Positions 23,591 through 29,254 of a DNA stretch of 29,254 bases are shown in pieces. Made by a program: the position numbers and the translations under genes. The notes beneath the pieces are model-generated. The model did no database searches. It saw nothing but the letters and a program-made list of their open reading frames with translations, and was not told the origin of the DNA. Every line of letters begins with the position of its first letter. Position 1 is the first letter of the stretch. The stretch is taken from positions 1 through 29,254 of IMG/VR virus record IMGVR_UViG_3300017766_004283; one strand, written 5' to 3'. This DNA comes from a virus (lineage: Duplodnaviria; Caudoviricetes).

Positions 23591-26500
23591 ATGTCGGATA
23601 AAAGCTTTGGTGCAAGAAGAATAAATCTGATTGGCGGACAAGAAGTTCCGAACATTACAAGTCAAAATGACTTGGACATTTTTGCTAACAAAGTTGCAAT
23701 TAGCACTAATCTTAGCGTCGGAAGTTCCGTAACTGCAGTAGAGTATTACGGTGATGGCGTAAATTTAGCTGGAATTGTAACAAACTTAATTCCTGGTATT
23801 GGAATTGACCTGTTTCCAACTCAAACACCAGGAAATAAAGGTGAGGTTAAGATACAGGCGTATAAACCATTAGGTAAAACAATCTTTGTTACACAGAATG
23901 GTAATGACAATAATACTGGTTTAACTGAAAGTGACGCCAAGAAAACAATTAAAGCAGCAGCAACAGTAGCTGTATTTGGGGATACTATTAAAGTATATCC
24001 TGGAGTTTATGTTGAAGAGAACCCAATCGTTCTCAAAAAAACAGTTTCAGTAGAGGGAACAGAACTTAGAAACTGCGTTGTTACTCCAAAATACACATAT
24101 CTTGATTTATTCCATGTCAATAATGGATGTCATATTACAGATATGAGTTATATTGGACCAAATATGACTGATGGTGCCGCAGTTGTAGCACTACAACCTC
24201 TTCAAGGTGTTGCAGTAGATAGATATTTTGATGCTGCAAGAATGATAAGAGTCAATCTTGATTATATTGCAAGAGAGTCTGTTGGATTCCTCACAAGTGG
24301 ATTTAGTGGTTTTGCTGGAAGTCACAGAGAACAAGATGCAGCAAAACTTATAGATAAGAATTTAAATTATATTTCAGCAGAAGCAGTTGGATTTTTGACA
24401 GCGCCAACTGGATATAATTTCGCACTTTCAAGTGGAGATTATACAAACTGCAAGGAAGATGTTGTAAGTATAATGAGTGCAGTTTCTTATGACTTAAAAG
24501 CAAATAGTAATCGTAAGTCAGTTGGTGCGGCGCTCTCATACTTCAATAGTTCTGGTGGATTAATTCATATTACAGGTATTGCAACACAACAAGCAACAAT
24601 TGCTGCATTAGATTATGCAGTTGGAATTGCTAAATCCGTAATCAATAATGTAGTACCACCACTTTCATATCAATCTGGAATTAGCAGTGTTTCTCAAGTC
24701 ATTGATCCATCTGTAATTGCAGTTGCAGGTGGATGCGTTGGAGTTGGAACTACAATTGCTCAGCTTGTTGGTATTGTCACACAAGCAATTGGAGCAGCAA
24801 GTACAAGTGGACTACCTTCGATTCGTTTTGGTGTAACACTAGAAAGCAAAGATTGCTCAGATGATATAAAAGATATTTGGAAATGTGTCATACATGACAT
24901 CACAAGAGGTGGAAATTCTCGCTCCGTTGACGCAGGAAAATCATATTATGACTCAAATTGGAACTTAATTCCACAGATTCTTAAAAATCCCAATGAGGTT
25001 AACCAGACAGTTGCCACACTAGATTATTCATTTGGTATTGCTCGCTCTGTAATCAATAACTCAACATGGGGAGGATATCCTGTTGGACTAGGTACAACAG
25101 TAGCAAATGCTGTATATAACAATATAACAGGAGTAACTTCAATCACTGCATTGAATCATGGACTATCATTAGATGATGCAGTAAAAATTGTTGGATTAGG
25201 ATTTACTTGTCCTTCTGGTCCAGGCACTGTCACTTATCCATCGGGATCTTTAGGTTACATATTCAATGTATTAAGAGTTGTAGATAGTAATAATTTTGAA
25301 GTTATAGTTGGACAGTCCACTCTTCCACATACTTATGTTTCTGGCGGAAATGTACAAAAATATACTAATTACCAGAATCAAATTTCCCAAGTAAAAGATC
25401 TTGGGATGCAAAAGGATCCATTGACTGGATTTAATAATGGAGTAAATGGTTGTGCCAATGTCGTCTCTGCAATGAGATCTTGTGTTGGAATTGTAACAAG
25501 TATTGTTGGATATGGATCAACTGCTTTTACATCAGTAGGTATCAGAACCACATATCCAGGAAATTCTGGAATTGGATTCACATCTATTCTCGGGATTACT
25601 TCGGCAGTATATGATGAAGTATCTGGTAAATTGACTGTAATTTCACCGGGGATCAAAGCAATAAAAGGCGAATCGGTAGAAATAAGAAATCTAGCATTCA
25701 GCTGCAGTTCAGGTGGAAGTGGAATATCAACTCAATCATTTCCTTCTGGTAGATATGGATATGATTTCTTTATTGATAAAGTAAATAACGATGGTTCATT
25801 TGAAGTCTATGTTGGAGCATCAACCTTACCTCACACTTATGCTGGAGGTGGATTCGTATTAGATAGAACAGTTGCTATAACAACCGCAACTTATAATCAT
25901 GTGACTGGAATTACAACAATTAAAGCAAATGGACTTTCAATTGAAACTGGAGATTTGGTAAAAATTAGAGGATTACAATTCTCTTGTTCAAGTGGAAGTG
26001 GAACTACAACAATATATCCAACTGGAAATAATGGATATGAATTTAGAGTTTTAGATATAGTAATAGATAAACCATTCAGCGTTACAAATGCACTTTATAC
26101 TAATACTACTGGTATTGTAACCGTAACTGCTCCTGGTATAGCAGTAACATATAATGACTTAGTAGAATTAAGAGATTTAGAATTCAGTTGCCCAGATAGT
26201 CCTCCAAATCTAAAATACCCCACTGGGAACAATGGATATGAGTTTAGAGTATTAAGTTCAATTGGATCCACTTTTACTGTAAATGTTGGTCCTTCAACAA
26301 TTCCTCATACTTATGTTTCTGGTGGAACTGTAATAAATAGAAGCCAAACTGCTAATGATACTTTTACGATTAATGTTGGACCTTCAACTATTCCACATAA
26401 TTATGTTTCTGGTGGAATAGCAATTCCTGAATTTTCTAGAGGAGTTGGGCCAATTACTCAAGGTCCTTACATTAGAAACTGTACTAATTTCATTGGCGAT

Positions 26501-27568
26501 AGTATCGGAATGAAAGTGGATGGATTTGCTGCTGAACCTGGCGATCAAGATGATATTGGTGTAACTGGAACTATGAGTGTTGACTCTTACACTCAATATA
26601 ACCAAAATGGAATTGGAGTTTCAATTACAAATGGAGCATATGCTCAGTTAGTTTCTATATTTACTATCTGTAATGATATTGCGATTTATACTGCTTCTGG
26701 TGGACAATGCGACTTAACAAACTCTAATGCTTCATTTGGTAATTATGGGTTATATTCAAGTGGAGTTGGCGATAAAAACTCAAAGTCGATATATCGTTAT
26801 ACTGGAAAAATTGTAGAGCCTGCTGCAATTGAGACTGATACTATAGTTGTTTCTGGACTTGGGACATATCGTCCATATGATGGACAAGCATTATACTTTG
26901 GTGAATTGTATAGTACAGTCCAAACAATAGTCATGGAAAATCTGGGTTCAGGTTATTCTCAAGGACTACCACCTAGAGTTACAATTGGATTCCCAGAAGG
27001 ACCTAGTGGAATTCGTGCAGAAGGATCTGCCAATGTAGATGCATTTGGTAGAGTCACATCAATTGATGTTATTAGTACTGGAAGTCAATATTTGGCTGCT
27101 CCAACTGTAACTATAGATCCTCCTCCTGGTGGAATTGGCATTCAAGCCACAGCAAGTTCTACATTATATCCAACTTACTATAATATTGCAACAGCATCAG
27201 AGCCTGTAAATGGAACTTCAACTATAGTATTAACACAGACTCTAAATAATACAGTTGGAACTGGAACTACAGTTTATTTCAGTAGATTGAGTTTACAAAT
27301 TGCGACTACTATTTCATTTGAATGGATTGGTGCTGGTACAAATATCAATACTGCGAAACCTGCGCTAGGTGGAATTACCATCCCAGATAATGAAGTTGTG
27401 AAATTAAATGGCGGACAAGTAGTTTACACTAGTACTAACCAAGCTGGTAACTTTAAAATTGGTGATGACATTACTGTAAATCAATTAACTGGAACGATTA
27501 CTGGAAGATCATTCGATCAAAGTTTGTTAAATACAATAACACCTTTAATCATTGCATTAGGTAAATAA
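23591..27568 (+). CDS. Large virion structural protein, beta-helix (pectin-lyase-like fold) with nested repeat insertions
   Basis: 1325 aa. TIFVTQNGND...KKTIKAA...GVYVEENPI...GTELRNC, then GPYIRNCT...VDSYTQYNQNGIG...AQLVSIFT, ending VYTSTNQAGNFKIGD. Contains four PHTYVSGG-type modules. Confidence 0.8.
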   Translation: MSDKSFGARRINLIGGQEVPNITSQNDLDIFANKVAISTNLSVGSSVTAVEYYGDGVNLAGIVTNLIPGIGIDLFPTQTPGNKGEVKIQAYKPLGKTIFVTQNGNDNNTGLTESDAKKTIKAAATVAVFGDTIKVYPGVYVEENPIVLKKTVSVEGTELRNCVVTPKYTYLDLFHVNNGCHITDMSYIGPNMTDGAAVVALQPLQGVAVDRYFDAARMIRVNLDYIARESVGFLTSGFSGFAGSHREQDAAKLIDKNLNYISAEAVGFLTAPTGYNFALSSGDYTNCKEDVVSIMSAVSYDLKANSNRKSVGAALSYFNSSGGLIHITGIATQQATIAALDYAVGIAKSVINNVVPPLSYQSGISSVSQVIDPSVIAVAGGCVGVGTTIAQLVGIVTQAIGAASTSGLPSIRFGVTLESKDCSDDIKDIWKCVIHDITRGGNSRSVDAGKSYYDSNWNLIPQILKNPNEVNQTVATLDYSFGIARSVINNSTWGGYPVGLGTTVANAVYNNITGVTSITALNHGLSLDDAVKIVGLGFTCPSGPGTVTYPSGSLGYIFNVLRVVDSNNFEVIVGQSTLPHTYVSGGNVQKYTNYQNQISQVKDLGMQKDPLTGFNNGVNGCANVVSAMRSCVGIVTSIVGYGSTAFTSVGIRTTYPGNSGIGFTSILGITSAVYDEVSGKLTVISPGIKAIKGESVEIRNLAFSCSSGGSGISTQSFPSGRYGYDFFIDKVNNDGSFEVYVGASTLPHTYAGGGFVLDRTVAITTATYNHVTGITTIKANGLSIETGDLVKIRGLQFSCSSGSGTTTIYPTGNNGYEFRVLDIVIDKPFSVTNALYTNTTGIVTVTAPGIAVTYNDLVELRDLEFSCPDSPPNLKYPTGNNGYEFRVLSSIGSTFTVNVGPSTIPHTYVSGGTVINRSQTANDTFTINVGPSTIPHNYVSGGIAIPEFSRGVGPITQGPYIRNCTNFIGDSIGMKVDGFAAEPGDQDDIGVTGTMSVDSYTQYNQNGIGVSITNGAYAQLVSIFTICNDIAIYTASGGQCDLTNSNASFGNYGLYSSGVGDKNSKSIYRYTGKIVEPAAIETDTIVVSGLGTYRPYDGQALYFGELYSTVQTIVMENLGSGYSQGLPPRVTIGFPEGPSGIRAEGSANVDAFGRVTSIDVISTGSQYLAAPTVTIDPPPGGIGIQATASSTLYPTYYNIATASEPVNGTSTIVLTQTLNNTVGTGTTVYFSRLSLQIATTISFEWIGAGTNINTAKPALGGITIPDNEVVKLNGGQVVYTSTNQAGNFKIGDDITVNQLTGTITGRSFDQSLLNTITPLIIALGK

Positions 27569-27571
27569 AAA

Positions 27572-27940
27572 ATGGCAGCAATTGCACTTAATAGATTTAA
27601 AACAATTAGGGTTGGAGTTACAACTGAAATGGTTGGGATATATACATGCCCAATCGGAGTTGCTTCAATTATAATTCTATCTCAGGTCACGAATGTTTCC
27701 ACCGCAGGAACTACATATAATGTAACTGCTGTACATTCTCGTGACCTTCTTTTGCAGCCAGCTGAAATAAAAGCTGATTATAAATTCGCTAATGGAGTTG
27801 ATATACCAGCTAATGACAGTGTTTCCTTAATACCAGATGGTAGATTAGCCTTGGAAACATATGATGTGATTAAAATACAAGGCAATCAGAATGGAGTCCT
27901 TGAGTTAATCCTAAGTGTCCTAGAAACTGCTAAGAAGTAA
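27572..27940 (+). CDS. Small virion-associated hypothetical protein
   Basis: 122 aa with a beta-sandwich-like pattern (IYTCPIG...ILSQVTNV...GRLALETYD...ELILSVLE). Confidence 0.75.
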   Translation: MAAIALNRFKTIRVGVTTEMVGIYTCPIGVASIIILSQVTNVSTAGTTYNVTAVHSRDLLLQPAEIKADYKFANGVDIPANDSVSLIPDGRLALETYDVIKIQGNQNGVLELILSVLETAKK

Positions 27941-27945
27941 AATAA

Positions 27946-29254
27946 ATGACTAAGTATACTTCAGGAAGAGTAAAAAGATTTCCACAATCGGGAATCACTT
28001 CAGATAGATACCAATTCTTAGGATTGGAGCAAGCTGAACCAGATCTTGGGGATCCTCTTGTTGGAGTATCTTCCATAGGAACTAACCCATTTCCACCTGG
28101 GACAAAATTAACTGATGATCATTATATATTAACTGCAGTTGAGGGATATACTGGAAAGAGATTCTGGATACCAAGTACAGATTTAATAGTACAAGGAATT
28201 CAAGGGACGCAGGGGACTCAAGGAACTCAAGGAACTCAAGGTACCCAAGGAAGTTCTGGTCCTACTATAAAAATTATCGGTTTAATTCCAGATGTTTTAT
28301 CTTTTGGGCCAGGAAACGAAAATATTGCCCTAAATGATTTTGTAAACAATAATGTAGAGCCGATTGGTGGATATACATTATTGCCAGGAGACGGCATTTT
28401 AGATGATGCCACAGATGAATTTTGGGTTTGGATTAATCCAGTTGATCAGTGGATTAATGTAGGAAAAATAAGAGGTCCACAAGGAACCCAAGGAACCCAA
28501 GGTATCGGTGGAGTGGGAGGTACCCAAGGTACCCAAGGTGCTCAAGGTATCCAAGGTGCTCAAGGTATCCAAGGTGCTCAAGGTTGTCAGGGAACTCAGG
28601 GCAATCAGGGCATTCAAGGTTTAAGTGCAACTGGATTTCAAGGTACTCAAGGAACTCAAGGTCTTCAAGGCAACCAAGGTCTTCAAGGAACCCAAGGTCT
28701 CCAGGGCGATCAAGGTACTCAAGGTACCCAAGGTCTACAGGGAATTCAAGGAACTCAAGGTATTCAAGGTGTCCAAGGTCTTCAGGGAACATCAGTTCAA
28801 GGCATCCAAGGAACCCAAGGTACTCAAGGAACACAAGGTTTAAGTGGTACTGGAAATCAAGGTACACAAGGAACCCAAGGTCTTCAAGGAACCCAAGGTA
28901 CTGAAGGTTCACAAGGACTCCAAGGTACACAAGGGACCCAAGGTTTAAGCAACCAGGGAATCCAAGGTACTGAAGGTTCACAAGGACTCCAAGGTACACA
29001 AGGGACCCAAGGTTTAAGCAACCAGGGTATCCAAGGCACACAAGGAACTCAAGGAACACAAGGTTTAAGTGGTACTGGAAATCAAGGCACACAAGGAACT
29101 CAAGGTCTTCAGGGCACTCAAGGTACTCAAGGAACACAAGGTTTAAGTGGTACTGGAAATCAAGGCACACAAGGAACCCAAGGACTTCAAGGCACTCAAG
29201 GAACTCAAGGTTCTCAAGGTTTAAGTGGTACTGGAAATCAAGGCACACAAGGAA
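27946..29254 (+). CDS. Collagen-like (Gly-X-Gln) fibre protein, 3'-truncated by the window end
   Basis: ATG 27946, MTKYTSGRVKRFPQSGITSDRYQFLGLEQAEPDLGDP..., then QGTQGTQG repeats, WINVGKIRGPQG, and an open frame to the window end. Not in the ORF track because there is no stop. Confidence 0.88.
   Translation, partial: MTKYTSGRVKRFPQSGITSDRYQFLGLEQAEPDLGDPLVGVSSIGTNPFPPGTKLTDDHYILTAVEGYTGKRFWIPSTDLIVQGIQGTQGTQGTQGTQGTQGSSGPTIKIIGLIPDVLSFGPGNENIALNDFVNNNVEPIGGYTLLPGDGILDDATDEFWVWINPVDQWINVGKIRGPQGTQGTQGIGGVGGTQGTQGAQGIQGAQGIQGAQGCQGTQGNQGIQGLSATGFQGTQGTQGLQGNQGLQGTQGLQGDQGTQGTQGLQGIQGTQGIQGVQGLQGTSVQGIQGTQGTQGTQGLSGTGNQGTQGTQGLQGTQGTEGSQGLQGTQGTQGLSNQGIQGTEGSQGLQGTQGTQGLSNQGIQGTQGTQGTQGLSGTGNQGTQGTQGLQGTQGTQGTQGLSGTGNQGTQGTQGLQGTQGTQGSQGLSGTGNQGTQG
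28474..29254 (+). repeat. 9-bp CAAGGNNNN collagen repeat array with higher-order 69-bp and 78-bp duplications
   Basis: 69-bp unit at 28894 and 28963; GGTTTAAGTGGTACTGGAAATCAAGG at 28837, 29062, 29140 and 29218. Confidence 0.92.

Noticed and set aside
23287-23665. Gly-rich and Val/Glu-rich minus-strand ORFs; the His-rich ORF 19364..19612 is the analogous case
   Set aside because: Frame shadows of the poly-proline tracts.
283-27940. Stop-codon reassignment, introns or inteins in the large genes
   Set aside because: ORFs are long and tightly packed in the standard code, TAA/TGA/TAG all end genes, and no intein or intron signature was seen.
28399-29248. Long minus-strand and alternate-frame ORFs (28454..29248, 28399..28617, 28584..28904, 28625..28843)
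   Set aside because: Stop-free shadows of the 9-bp collagen repeat.

Overview
AT-rich, gene-dense segment of a T4-like cyanophage (cyanomyovirus) genome, coded almost entirely on the + strand in the standard genetic code. It covers part of the late virion module: a gp27-like baseplate hub, the auxiliary metabolic gene cp12, a gp5-like hub/spike set with no lysozyme domain, gp9-like connector and fibre proteins, a tail-collar protein, very large beta-helix/fibre virion proteins, a subtilisin-family (S8) protease and the start of a collagen-like (Gly-X-Gln)n fibre. An early-promoter island (about 10.7-12.75 kb) interrupts the late module. It holds small ORFs, tRNA-Leu(UAA), tRNA-Thr(UGU) and an HNH endonuclease broken at an A10 run. 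The best candidate for an undescribed system is a ~50-nt promoter-hairpin-terminator unit just upstream of the HNH gene. Its hairpin is complementary over 12-15 nt to the 5' leader of the HNH mRNA, which suggests a small antisense RNA or RNA switch controlling a homing endonuclease. Protein family calls come from motif recognition only; no searches were run.
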